Virus record (IMG/VR): IMGVR_UViG_3300027901_000001
DNA length: 64,000 nucleotides
DNA from: a virus
Direction: 5' to 3' (one strand)
Position 1 is the stretch's first letter. The number at the start of each line of letters is the position of its first letter. Below, piece by piece: positions 53,313 through 62,333 of the stretch. The notes below the pieces were generated by a model. The model saw nothing but the letters and a program-made list of their open reading frames with translations, did not search any database and had not been told where the DNA came from. The translations under genes and the position numbers were made by a program.

Positions 53313-54320
53313 GGTTCGCTGCGTCACGTCCAGTTCCGTCACGAATTCTCGCTTACAGAACTGGCATTTGATGTCTATTTCCATATTGATATCCGGTTCG
53401 TTGAGATAGAAATTCTCCCGTAGCTGGTCGCGGTCTCCAGAGGTCCACCCCTTCACGATCGGATAAAGCTGCTCCGCCTCCTTGCTGAGCTTGATCTTCT
53501 TAGCCGACCCAGCCCCATAGACGAAATCGTCGAGCCCCAGCCTCACGCTTTTTTCGTTGATGGACACCAGCCGCATCATGATGGCGTAGGTTAGAATCTT
53601 GAAATCGTCCGTGTCAGACGTTGCCACGGCCCTCATGATCTTCTCCTGCGGAAGCGAAGAAACACGCCACACGATCTCATCGCCGCTGTCGAGCAGCTTT
53701 ACCGAGAAGTCCCGCTTGCCCGGCTCCGCCATCTCGTAGGTTTCCAGGTGTCCCAGGTTCACCTGGTAGCTGCCCTCTCGCTGGCAGTTGTCGATGGGAC
53801 ACCGAATGTCCATCTCGTACATATCCTTGCGCCGCTTCCAGTGCGTAACACGCCGGATCGAAACCAGCAGATGCTTCCTGGACCCCATCGGCAGCCGGTG
53901 GATCGCCTGGGTAATCTTGCCCTTTTCGGTGAGCGTCCCGATGCGCTCGGTGCAGTTCACCATGATGCCGGTCAACCGATCGATGATGTCGATGTTGTCG
54001 TTGCTGATCAGCTCCTCTTCGTCGCCGCCCAGCGACTTAACGTGCACCTCGTTGTGGACCACCCGATCCTCGTCCAGGTAACCACCGACGATAGTGAACA
54101 CCCCGCTCTCCGCAGCCGCGTCCGTGATGGTCTCATAGTCCCCGCTGCTATCCTCAACAACATCGCCCTGAAGGGCCTGCTGAAGATGCGGCGACGGCGT
54201 TCCCCGCTCCAGCCCCGGACCGCCAGGCGGCGCGGGCTGTGGTGCTGGCAATTCACCTGGTTGTCCACCTGCCAGATTAACCGGTGCCTTGGCCTCGGCC
54301 TTTCCTGATCCTGCTCCCAT
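53259..54320 (-). CDS. T4 gp26-like baseplate-hub / tail assembly chaperone
   Basis: VKSLGGDEEEL...LLVSIRRVT...RCP..NC...C.FC; immediately upstream of the tape measure gene. Confidence 0.75.
   Translation of the reverse strand: MGAGSGKAEAKAPVNLAGGQPGELPAPQPAPPGGPGLERGTPSPHLQQALQGDVVEDSSGDYETITDAAAESGVFTIVGGYLDEDRVVHNEVHVKSLGGDEEELISNDNIDIIDRLTGIMVNCTERIGTLTEKGKITQAIHRLPMGSRKHLLVSIRRVTHWKRRKDMYEMDIRCPIDNCQREGSYQVNLGHLETYEMAEPGKRDFSVKLLDSGDEIVWRVSSLPQEKIMRAVATSDTDDFKILTYAIMMRLVSINEKSVRLGLDDFVYGAGSAKKIKLSKEAEQLYPIVKGWTSGDRDQLRENFYLNEPDINMEIDIKCQFCKREFVTELDVTQRTFFFPSATSRRWRQRSST
53304..53312 (-). other. slippery site for -1 ribosomal frameshift
   Basis: ACC TTT TTT TTC (T8 run; T TTT TTC heptamer). 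Confidence 0.7.
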
Positions 54321-54354
54321 CTTCTCCTCCTTCTGTAGCTCCCACTACATTCAC

Positions 54355-55146
54355 CTATTGGATAATCTCGGACAGCCGTTCTATCCAACGGCTGCGCTCC
54401 TCTCCTTTCAACCTTCGCCTTCTGCGTCTCTTCTTTTTTTCACCCCCTATCGGCGTCACACGGCGCAATGGCGGCCCGAGGGGCACGTGGTACCGGGCGA
54501 TGTTCCCGGTCCCCATCACACCACTGGAGGCCCTGGTAGGCCCTACCTTGATAGGGGTCAAAACCTCTCCTGGAGGCGTCGCCTGCTCGGAGGCAGTCGA
54601 CTGCCTTTGGGGAATCGGCCGAATGGCCGTTATCTTGCACTTGTTGATCTTCTCAATCCGATTCTTTGCCGTCTTCTCGTGCGCCTCGCACACTGGAATA
54701 TATGCACGCCCATCTGCCCACTCGTAAGACTTGGTGGCCGGGCTATCACAGTACTTGCACTTCTGAGACTTCGTGGCTTTGCCCTCGACGAGGGACTCGG
54801 ATTTCGGGGGCTCTGGACCACCTGCGGCCGGGCGCGTGGGCGCACGCGGGGGCTGCTTCTTGGCGGTCTCGTCCTCCCCCTCTTTTCCCCCTTTGCCGGG
54901 CTCAGGAGCCGCTTTACTGCCCGGACGCGCCGGAGGCACCCTATCCCCCTTCCGCCGCTTCTTCTTGTCCTTGCTGGGCCTCCTCTTGCCGTACAGAGCG
55001 TCCTGCTCCTCCCCCTCCTCATCGCCCTGCATATTCAGGAAAAACACCGACAACGGAACGAGCTTCACCGCCGGAGCCGTCGGACCGTACATCCCGATGG
55101 TCCCGATGGGAGCGCTGACAGCGCGTGTGCTCATTCCGTACGTCAT
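54355..55146 (-). CDS. Lys/Pro-rich protein with a zinc-finger module
   Basis: CKYC...CEAH; LVE-G linker. Confidence 0.65.
   Translation of the reverse strand: MTYGMSTRAVSAPIGTIGMYGPTAPAVKLVPLSVFFLNMQGDEEGEEQDALYGKRRPSKDKKKRRKGDRVPPARPGSKAAPEPGKGGKEGEDETAKKQPPRAPTRPAAGGPEPPKSESLVEGKATKSQKCKYCDSPATKSYEWADGRAYIPVCEAHEKTAKNRIEKINKCKITAIRPIPQRQSTASEQATPPGEVLTPIKVGPTRASSGVMGTGNIARYHVPLGPPLRRVTPIGGEKKKRRRRRRLKGEERSRWIERLSEIIQ
54591..54606. repeat. dispersed palindrome copy 7
   Basis: A-GGCAGTCGACTGCC-T, perfect 16 bp; in the RQSTAS codons. Confidence 0.95.
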
Positions 55147-55164
55147 TTGCTTTTCAGCCTATCA

Positions 55165-55542
55165 TCACGAATTGAAATTCGTCACGCTCTCTGTAGCGAA
55201 CAGCTCCGCCTTCTCCACCAGCGTCTCACGGCGAGGAGGAGTCTCGCCGTGGTCCACCCACAATTCGTACTGATTCGCACCGGTTTCCAGCTTCTCGGTA
55301 TCCGCAACTTCCAGCGTTAGAATCGCCACACCATTTTCCCTGTCGATGATCTCGATGCCGCCGCCGGAATCCGTGGTCTTGGTAAAAAATACCGTGCTAC
55401 CCCGGAACGCCGTAAAAATAAGCCGCACCCCGCTGGCCAGCTTAGGCTTGGCCCCACTCTTCTTTTTGATGGTGATCTGGAAGGACTTGCTCTGTCCCTT
55501 CACCACGCGCAAGCTGTTCAGTAAATTCGGGGGATAGGCCAT
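55165..55542 (-). CDS. BppU-like Ig-fold virion protein
   Basis: G.S..FQITIK...G.AILTL...DT..L..G..QYELWV. Confidence 0.55.
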   Translation of the reverse strand: MAYPPNLLNSLRVVKGQSKSFQITIKKKSGAKPKLASGVRLIFTAFRGSTVFFTKTTDSGGGIEIIDRENGVAILTLEVADTEKLETGANQYELWVDHGETPPRRETLVEKAELFATESVTNFNS

Positions 55543-55676
55543 CAGCAATCCTCCACGGTGGCCGTCAGAGTGTCGGGCGCGTCGCCGACTATGGCCTCCA
55601 AGCCCTGGTCGCTTTCTTCCACCACGGCTGTCAGCGTGTCCGGTGCATCTCCTACTGTTGCCATCAGCTCATCCAT
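55542..55676 (-). CDS. 44-aa acidic peptide with internal repeat
   Basis: Not in ORF track; TGATG-coupled at both ends; VGDAPDTLTAxVE twice. Confidence 0.65.
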   Translation of the reverse strand: MDELMATVGDAPDTLTAVVEESDQGLEAIVGDAPDTLTATVEDC

Positions 55677-56362
55677 CAGAAAATCCCACTAGCAACATTG
55701 ACCGCACCGGTTACAGCCCCGACCGCCCCAGAAATCCCCGGAGCGATGGTCGAAACCGTAACCTCCTGGACGTACTCCGGCTGCACTTCAAGCTCCACAA
55801 TCGAGACATCGCTGGCCGAAGCGTCAAAATCCGAACCCGCTTTGTACCTGGTCGGCACGCAGTCGTGCAGCGACCAGCACCGGCCGGGGATTCGATCCTC
55901 AATAAAACTCGCCAGAATAGCTCCTCCGGCTGCTCCGGTAACCCCTCCAGCCAGGCCGCTGGTGGCCAAACCAGCAGCAGCCCCGACCGCAGCCCCTACT
56001 GCAAGCTGCGCAGTTCCGCCACTCCGCAACCCTAAAAAGTGGATCAGAAACAAGGTCCTCCTGGAGGGATCCTCCCCCCGGATGGCCCTGGTGATCCAGT
56101 TATACATATCGGAGTCGTAAAAGCGCGCCCCACGGGAAAGGGTAATCGGCCCGGCGTCGGCGGTCTTGACCACCCGGCGCTTGTACTCCCAGTTGCCTGG
56201 CTGGATATCGCGCAGCTCGGTGGTGATCTCCGGCGCGGTGATGGCGCTGAACGCCAACGACGGATCGAGCACCGGAAACAGGATATTGCCCCCCATCACC
56301 CCGGCATCAAACAGCCAGAAGTTGAAAACCTGAAGTACGTCCTCAAGCCTCTCGCGGGGCAC
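55676..56362 (-). CDS. tail tube protein 2 (gp19-like)
   Basis: FSAITAPEITTE...GPITLSRG....SDMYNWI. Confidence 0.85.
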   Translation of the reverse strand: MPRERLEDVLQVFNFWLFDAGVMGGNILFPVLDPSLAFSAITAPEITTELRDIQPGNWEYKRRVVKTADAGPITLSRGARFYDSDMYNWITRAIRGEDPSRRTLFLIHFLGLRSGGTAQLAVGAAVGAAAGLATSGLAGGVTGAAGGAILASFIEDRIPGRCWSLHDCVPTRYKAGSDFDASASDVSIVELEVQPEYVQEVTVSTIAPGISGAVGAVTGAVNVASGIF

Positions 56363-56404
56363 CGTCAGCCTCCAGGTGGCCAGCAGGCCACAAAATCCTG
56401 GCGA

Positions 56405-56968
56405 CTACGGCAAGGATGCTTGAACACCAGGCGGGGTATAAATCTCCGGCCTTTCGTAATCGACATCCACCTCTGCCAGGCTGACATCCGAGGTGCTGGC
56501 ATCCAGGTCTCCAGCGAGTTTGACGCGAGCCGGTATCGCCTCTCGACAGATGTACACCTTGGAATTCTGCATCGTAAAATCGTTGGCCGCGTCGAAAGGA
56601 TAGGACCGCCCTTGTCTCATAGCGTGATAATAGACGAGATCGGTTCGATACTCGCGCCCTTCGGCCGCCGCGATAGCCCACACGTAGAACGCCGTGTCGT
56701 ACCTCGCCACACCTCTGCTGAGCGTCAAGGTGTTGGTAGATGGAATACCGGAATACTTCTGAGTGTATGTCTTGATCCCCTCTCGATACTCCGAAGTCTC
56801 TATCGTCAGTTCCGGAGACGTTGCTGCCTGGAATCCAGCTTCGGCCTCCAGGCCGACCCCGTAACCCGCCGCCGGTTGCAACGGATCGTCCGCAATACCT
56901 GGCACCGCACTCGCCCGGACGTGATACCGGAACGCATGAAGTGGATCTGTCGCCATCGCTCTTGCCAT
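56405..56968 (-). CDS. tail tube protein 1 (gp19-like)
   Basis: DPLHAFRY...GFQ...EYREG....KYSG....LTLSRG. Confidence 0.9.
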   Translation of the reverse strand: MARAMATDPLHAFRYHVRASAVPGIADDPLQPAAGYGVGLEAEAGFQAATSPELTIETSEYREGIKTYTQKYSGIPSTNTLTLSRGVARYDTAFYVWAIAAAEGREYRTDLVYYHAMRQGRSYPFDAANDFTMQNSKVYICREAIPARVKLAGDLDASTSDVSLAEVDVDYERPEIYTPPGVQASLP

Positions 56969-56986
56969 GATCTCCTCCTGCTTCTC

Positions 56987-57559
56987 CTACCTTTCACCCG
57001 GAAGAATCATCCCGTCCAGCGGCGGTAAAAGATCTCCCAGGGTGGTATCTGCGCCTCTCCCCAGCTCCAGGGGCGAAGGCAAATTCCGAACTCTGTTCAC
57101 GAACTCGCGGAGCGTCATCTCCTGTTCCGCCATTTCATCCGCGATGAGGTTGTAGAGACTGGGCCACTTCTCGACCATCACCAGGATCTCCCCGGCCCGG
57201 TCCAGGTAGCTGTAATTGCGCTCGGCCGACCGGGTTCCACTGTCCCGCATCACACGTCCGAATCCGGCCTGGGGCATCATCTCCTTCAACTCGATACCGT
57301 TTTGGACCAGTTTTTCGGCATAGGCCGGGCCAAAGTGGGCCACGGCATTTTCCCGAATCCAGTTGCTCCAGCGCGGCTGATCCATCGACTCATGGCCCAC
57401 CACGACCAGAGGCAGCACTCCGTGAGCATCGCGGCCCGGATAGTTGTCGTGCCGCAGCCGCATCAGCTTGACGATGAACCCCATCTCGTCCAACGGCTCC
57501 GATCGAACCGCCATCGGCTCATCATATATGGCCTCTTCAAGCTGTTTTGCGATTCCCAT
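56987..57559 (-). CDS. hypothetical protein with MGIAKQLEEA leader
   Basis: N-terminus resembles the leaders at 18138 and 18792. Confidence 0.65.
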   Translation of the reverse strand: MGIAKQLEEAIYDEPMAVRSEPLDEMGFIVKLMRLRHDNYPGRDAHGVLPLVVVGHESMDQPRWSNWIRENAVAHFGPAYAEKLVQNGIELKEMMPQAGFGRVMRDSGTRSAERNYSYLDRAGEILVMVEKWPSLYNLIADEMAEQEMTLREFVNRVRNLPSPLELGRGADTTLGDLLPPLDGMILPGER

Positions 57560-57606
57560 CTTCGGTCCTTTCTATCACACCCCTCTCAGAGGAGGCTACT
57601 TTTAGG

Positions 57607-58473
57607 TCATGCCTCCAGGCTCTTCGCTGCGTCATACCCCTCCTTCTGAATCTTTACCGCCTCATGGGGATCGAAGTGCAGCGGATCGTCATTCAGCAAA
57701 TGCGCGGCATGAATTATCCGGAGCTTGATCTTCTTTTTGCCCTCGATCTCTTCGTACTCCAGCAGCCGGGTCAGAAGCTGGGCGTACTTCGCGTCTACCC
57801 AGGTAAGCTGATCACTCATCACGTCGATAGAACGTATGGCCACATCTGGCCAATCCGGGTTACGCTCGAACTTCGCCGTCGGCTTGGGCGGATGGCAGAT
57901 TGACACATCGATTTCATCACAGCCCAGATCGATAAGGGCCTTCACCGGCGTCACGTGCCGCACGCCGCCATCGGTCCAGAGCTGGCCGTCGGTCTGAATG
58001 GGCTCGAAGAAAGCCGGGTAGCTGGCCGATGCCAAGACCGCCTCCGCCAACGGGCTGTAGGTCTCATCAAACAGCCGGTAGCTGGTGGTATCCAGCGACA
58101 CCGCGCCGATCCGGAGCTTCTTGCCGGATGCCCGGACCCTTTCCTCGTCCAGCGTCTTCTTCACCAATTCTTGAAGGGGCTTGCTATTGAGCGCGCTCGA
58201 CTTCCAAATGCTGACCTTGCCAAACAGAAACCAGCTCTTCCAGATGTCGGGGTCCTGAATCGGCGTGAACAGGTCCTTTAGATCCTGGGCGGCCTGCATC
58301 TCCTCACCCGTCTTATACTGAGTCAGGAAGGAGCCCACCAGTGCGCCCACACTCACGCCCGCATAGGCATCGTACTCGGTCCGCAGGTCACCCAGAAGGT
58401 GGTCAACCACTCCCACGTGGAACTGACCCCTAGACCCCCCACCGCTGAGCGCAAGTCCCCGCATCACTTCCAA
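57607..58473 (-). CDS. patatin-like phospholipase
   Basis: LALSGGGSRG, GVSVG (GxSxG), ASAS.P, DGG motifs intact. Confidence 0.95.
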   Translation of the reverse strand: MEVMRGLALSGGGSRGQFHVGVVDHLLGDLRTEYDAYAGVSVGALVGSFLTQYKTGEEMQAAQDLKDLFTPIQDPDIWKSWFLFGKVSIWKSSALNSKPLQELVKKTLDEERVRASGKKLRIGAVSLDTTSYRLFDETYSPLAEAVLASASYPAFFEPIQTDGQLWTDGGVRHVTPVKALIDLGCDEIDVSICHPPKPTAKFERNPDWPDVAIRSIDVMSDQLTWVDAKYAQLLTRLLEYEEIEGKKKIKLRIIHAAHLLNDDPLHFDPHEAVKIQKEGYDAAKSLEA

Positions 58474-59102
58474 AGCCGATAAGCAACCGTGATCTTCGGC
58501 TGCGTCCCTTCCGTCGCCACTGAATGGTATTTGGCTCTAAGTTTGAACCCAGTAGGAATGGAGGTGGACCCCTCAGAAACAGCCCCAACCTTCCCCGACG
58601 GCGGAATATAAACTGTTTCACCATACTGTCCCACAACGGCATCAGACCCATTCAAAACGAAAAGTTCAACGTAGTCCCCGTCGGTAAAATCTTTTACTTC
58701 CGCCAAAGCCCCTTGCAAAGCCATCGCTTCGGGCAGCGCATAGTCGTTATTAGTGTCGGTGTTCAGAGCAGCGTCGAACTGCACACCCTTAATAAAAAGA
58801 TGCTTGTTCTTGTTATCGGTAGGACACGCCCTGACGTAGGACACCACATCATCCGGCAACGGGAGGCCCGAGTGATTGCCGATAATGCCCCCACACGGAT
58901 TCGTGGTGTCTCCATCGAGAAGAGTCTTGTCGGCCGCAGGCAAGTCAGCCTTGAACTGAACTGTGAGGGCATCGCCGTTCACATTGACACCATCTAACGC
59001 AATAGTGATGGCGCTCAAACCAATTTCCTGGATAAGCCTGTCCGAATCGACCTTCCCGGAAATCACGTCCTCGCTGATGGTGTAATTAAAAATGCTGGCC
59101 AT
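58464..59102 (-). CDS. virion structural protein
   Basis: Coupled start at 59102; beta-rich. Confidence 0.6.
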   Translation of the reverse strand: MASIFNYTISEDVISGKVDSDRLIQEIGLSAITIALDGVNVNGDALTVQFKADLPAADKTLLDGDTTNPCGGIIGNHSGLPLPDDVVSYVRACPTDNKNKHLFIKGVQFDAALNTDTNNDYALPEAMALQGALAEVKDFTDGDYVELFVLNGSDAVVGQYGETVYIPPSGKVGAVSEGSTSIPTGFKLRAKYHSVATEGTQPKITVAYRLWK

Positions 59103-60754
59103 CAATAGACCCTCCAAATTTCAATATAGGCGTTCTTTATGTATTGCGCGTTTCCATCCAGGCTTTGCCACTGAATCTTGAACGTTTTAGCCACCCCAGT
59201 AAAGACAATCTCCCATGCACTCCCATACTGGTCGTACCTATCGTTGCTATCCTTCACTCTAAACGGAATTTCCTCTAATGTTACAGCGTCCGTCACATTG
59301 TAAAGACGCACCTGCCCCCTTTTATCAGAGTTTTTTACCATCGCGCTATAAGCCACACGATAGGTTCCGGTCCTCGCGGGAACAACCAGGGTAACCTTGT
59401 CCTGATAGGCGAGGAGAGACGTGTTCTGCTCTCCCAGCGACTGCGCTCTTTGGTAATCAGCCCCGAAGATTCCACCGGTACCACCTCCACCAGGCACCCC
59501 AACAAGGTCGGTCCTTCTGAGATCAACATAAGCAGCGCCTGTTCCATCGCTACGGATCCGAGCCTTTGGGGTGTTGGAATAAGCAGTAGCTGTCTGGAAA
59601 ATGACAACGCCTATCGGTACCATCTCCGGCGTAGGCAGTCCGCTCAAAATTACATTCCTGATTTCTACTTGAGCGCCAGCCCTTGCATCCGAAACAGTGG
59701 AATAGAATTGCTGCCCTTGAATGCCAACAAACGGCTCACTGAGGTTGTTCGTTCCAAAAAACAAAACGCAAACAAAGTTTGCATTCGCTACCTCTGTTAG
59801 ACCCCAGACCCCACCCAGGTAACTGTTGTAGGGAAGCCGCTGAGCCGCCGGATATCCTGCCGTTCCCTGGTAAATAACAGGAAACGAATCCGCCGTCTTT
59901 TTGCGCCAATCACCAGCCGCTCCGCTACGATAATAAATTGGAATCTGCGCCGTCGGAGAAAGGGTCTGAGGACTACCGTTTACAATTGAAAAAAGCAGAT
60001 CCTCATCTCGAATCGCTCCATCCTGTACGGCAAATTGCGCATGACCGTTACTGCTTCCATCACCATCGGCCGTAATGCCTTGTAAAGCAAGGCCATCGGT
60101 CCACCGAGCACCGAATGAGAAATGCAAATGCAGGTGCGTCTCACCATTCATCTGAATGCCATGACGCTCGTCGGCAAAAAGGATCGAAGCCTTATTGGTA
60201 AAATCCCAGTAAAGCAGCGCCACAAGCGCGTATTTCAAAATGAGGTCGTCCGTAAAGGCTTGAGTAGTCTGGAGAACCCCCGCTGTATCAAAATAGAAGT
60301 AGTGAATACCCTCAGCGTCGGGCCATGTCCTGTTCTGTGCTGCCGTCTTCGTGTACTTGCTACCGGCGATATAAAAATCAAAGCTGGTAACCGCCGGTTG
60401 AACAGTAAAAGTTCGAGAACCATCTACCCGACTGATCGTGGAATCCGTCCTGTTGGGAAAGCCTGTCGGTTCCTGTTGGGTATCATGCAAGTTGTCGGTA
60501 TTCTTCGCCATCGCCGGAGCAGACGCCGCGTTCAGTGACTCCTCCTTGTTCAGGTCCTTTCCATCGACATTGAGGAGTACGTCCCCAGCATTGATGTAAG
60601 CTAGAAGCTCTGCATCCTCCTGAATATCCCAGACAAAGTTATAGGCCGTGAGAGTTACCTGTCCGCTGGCCGGAATCTTGGCATCGGGCGCGGACAGGTT
60701 CTTAAGCGGAAGATCACCGGCCGTCTGGTTCTTAGCTATGATGATCGTGGACAT
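59102..60754 (-). CDS. virion fibre-like protein
   Basis: Coupled start at 60754; beta-rich, Gly hinge before the C-terminal domain. Confidence 0.6.
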   Translation of the reverse strand: MSTIIIAKNQTAGDLPLKNLSAPDAKIPASGQVTLTAYNFVWDIQEDAELLAYINAGDVLLNVDGKDLNKEESLNAASAPAMAKNTDNLHDTQQEPTGFPNRTDSTISRVDGSRTFTVQPAVTSFDFYIAGSKYTKTAAQNRTWPDAEGIHYFYFDTAGVLQTTQAFTDDLILKYALVALLYWDFTNKASILFADERHGIQMNGETHLHLHFSFGARWTDGLALQGITADGDGSSNGHAQFAVQDGAIRDEDLLFSIVNGSPQTLSPTAQIPIYYRSGAAGDWRKKTADSFPVIYQGTAGYPAAQRLPYNSYLGGVWGLTEVANANFVCVLFFGTNNLSEPFVGIQGQQFYSTVSDARAGAQVEIRNVILSGLPTPEMVPIGVVIFQTATAYSNTPKARIRSDGTGAAYVDLRRTDLVGVPGGGGTGGIFGADYQRAQSLGEQNTSLLAYQDKVTLVVPARTGTYRVAYSAMVKNSDKRGQVRLYNVTDAVTLEEIPFRVKDSNDRYDQYGSAWEIVFTGVAKTFKIQWQSLDGNAQYIKNAYIEIWRVY

Positions 60755-61482
60755 CAGACTCTCCACCTGACGATAAAGTAACCCTGCACGGCCGTAGTCA
60801 CGTTACCGCCCGACTGGTTGCGAGCAGCTAACACGCTGTGCTGAGCGAAATCAGCATTTACAGTATTGTCTGCTCCTTTCTGAGCTGCCGACGCCAGCGT
60901 TGCAATAGAAGCCCCATCGTCCATAATCTCAAAGGTCGCCGCATCCGTGTCGTCCCTGGTATAGCCTATCGCCACAACGGTTCCGTTGAACCTCGCGTCG
61001 TATCCATTGGTCGCTGAAAACGTCAGCCCCTCGGTACCTCCATAATAGCTGCCTGCGGCCGTGTCCTTCTTGGCTCCAAAAACAAATGTTTGAGCCTCAA
61101 CCGACAACCACTTTCCGCGCACCGAATCGTACTCCATCGTCATACGGAGTACGGTATTGAAATAGAGATCGCCGTTCTGCGGAGCCGGAGCCACCGGATC
61201 AACTGCACCCGGAGGATAGATTCTGATGGCAACTGGCTCCGTATTATCAACTTTCTGCCAGACCGTCCCATTGAAAATGGCCCAATCCCCTACCTGCCAA
61301 TCGGTGATGCCATCCAGATTGGTAGTCCCCGCAACCGACACCACATAGTAGTGCCCCTGAACACCAATACCACTGGCCAGCGCCGGATTGTTAGCCGCTG
61401 CATCCCAGGTCCCTTTATATGTAACGGCACCCAAGGCGGCACCTGGATCAGGTTGTAGACGACCGTTAATATAAAGAGGCAC
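60754..61482 (-). CDS. fibre/whisker-like protein
   Basis: YKGTWDAAAN.P.LASG.G..GHYYVVSVAG...VGDWAIFNG..WQK motif recalled from phage fibres. Confidence 0.7.
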   Translation of the reverse strand: MPLYINGRLQPDPGAALGAVTYKGTWDAAANNPALASGIGVQGHYYVVSVAGTTNLDGITDWQVGDWAIFNGTVWQKVDNTEPVAIRIYPPGAVDPVAPAPQNGDLYFNTVLRMTMEYDSVRGKWLSVEAQTFVFGAKKDTAAGSYYGGTEGLTFSATNGYDARFNGTVVAIGYTRDDTDAATFEIMDDGASIATLASAAQKGADNTVNADFAQHSVLAARNQSGGNVTTAVQGYFIVRWRV

Positions 61483-61485
61483 TCG

Positions 61486-61896
61486 TTACACCAGCGTCGG
61501 AATAATGGTCACGTCCAACTCGTCCACCGTACCAGATACGGCAGTTACTTCGAGCCAGACAAAGGAATCGGCCGGAATGGCCGCATTGTCGAACAAGATA
61601 ATGCTGCTGCCGTTACTTAAATCGTTAGTGGTTACTCCTCCTATATTGACCTCGGTACCTGCCGCATCACGGGTAGACGCAAATCTCACCGTCCACGTAA
61701 CCGACGGCGAAGCGGAGCCTCGGATCGCTGCTACTATCCGGGAAACGGTAAAGCCGTTTTCAGTGTAGAAAGAGTCTTCTTCCCCAGCGACAGTCGGAGA
61801 TTCCAACCTCAACTTCTTGGCCCCCACGTCACCGGCCCCAGGATTAGCCCCGTAGATTCTCAGGCTGGTGTCTCTGCCATTGGCATATATCGGCAC
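61486..61896 (-). CDS. virion structural protein
   Basis: ORF track; beta-sandwich-like. Confidence 0.6.
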   Translation of the reverse strand: MPIYANGRDTSLRIYGANPGAGDVGAKKLRLESPTVAGEEDSFYTENGFTVSRIVAAIRGSASPSVTWTVRFASTRDAAGTEVNIGGVTTNDLSNGSSIILFDNAAIPADSFVWLEVTAVSGTVDELDVTIIPTLV

Positions 61897-61907
61897 GGAG
61901 ACACCTC

Positions 61908-62333
61908 CTACGTCATGGATGCAGGCTCTGGATGGAGGGGCCTCCCAATCACTCTGGCGAACATGGCGTTGGCCGCGCCGGAGGAGATGATCACGATGTG
62001 TTCGTCCGGGGCGAGCTGAAACTTGTCAGTGATGAGGATGTTGACCTCCAGGGGGTCGGTCGACTTGAATATCTCGATATCATCGGCCGCGCCGCCCGGC
62101 CCCCGGATCACGATGCTCTTGCTGCCGACCCCATTGAAATCCACAGCAATTTGCTGAATCTCCTTGAGGAAGTAGGAGGTAAAGTCGAATACGAACAGAC
62201 CGCCCTGAGCTGCTGGCGGGAACTTCTTGACCCCCTTGGTGGTAAAGTCGGGGGTAGTCAACGGCACCGTCCCATCCCAGTCGTTACCGGCTGTGATGCG
62301 CTGCTCAATTACAACGAACTGAGGGTCCGACAC
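61908..62333 (-). CDS. virion structural protein
   Basis: ORF track; GGAGG ribosome site. Confidence 0.6.
   Translation of the reverse strand: MSDPQFVVIEQRITAGNDWDGTVPLTTPDFTTKGVKKFPPAAQGGLFVFDFTSYFLKEIQQIAVDFNGVGSKSIVIRGPGGAADDIEIFKSTDPLEVNILITDKFQLAPDEHIVIISSGAANAMFARVIGRPLHPEPASMT

Noticed and set aside
58409-58424. parS-like ACTCCCACGTGGAACT
   Set aside because: Only 12/16 match to the TGTTCCACGTGGAACA variant, not palindromic, and explained by the patatin QFHVG codons
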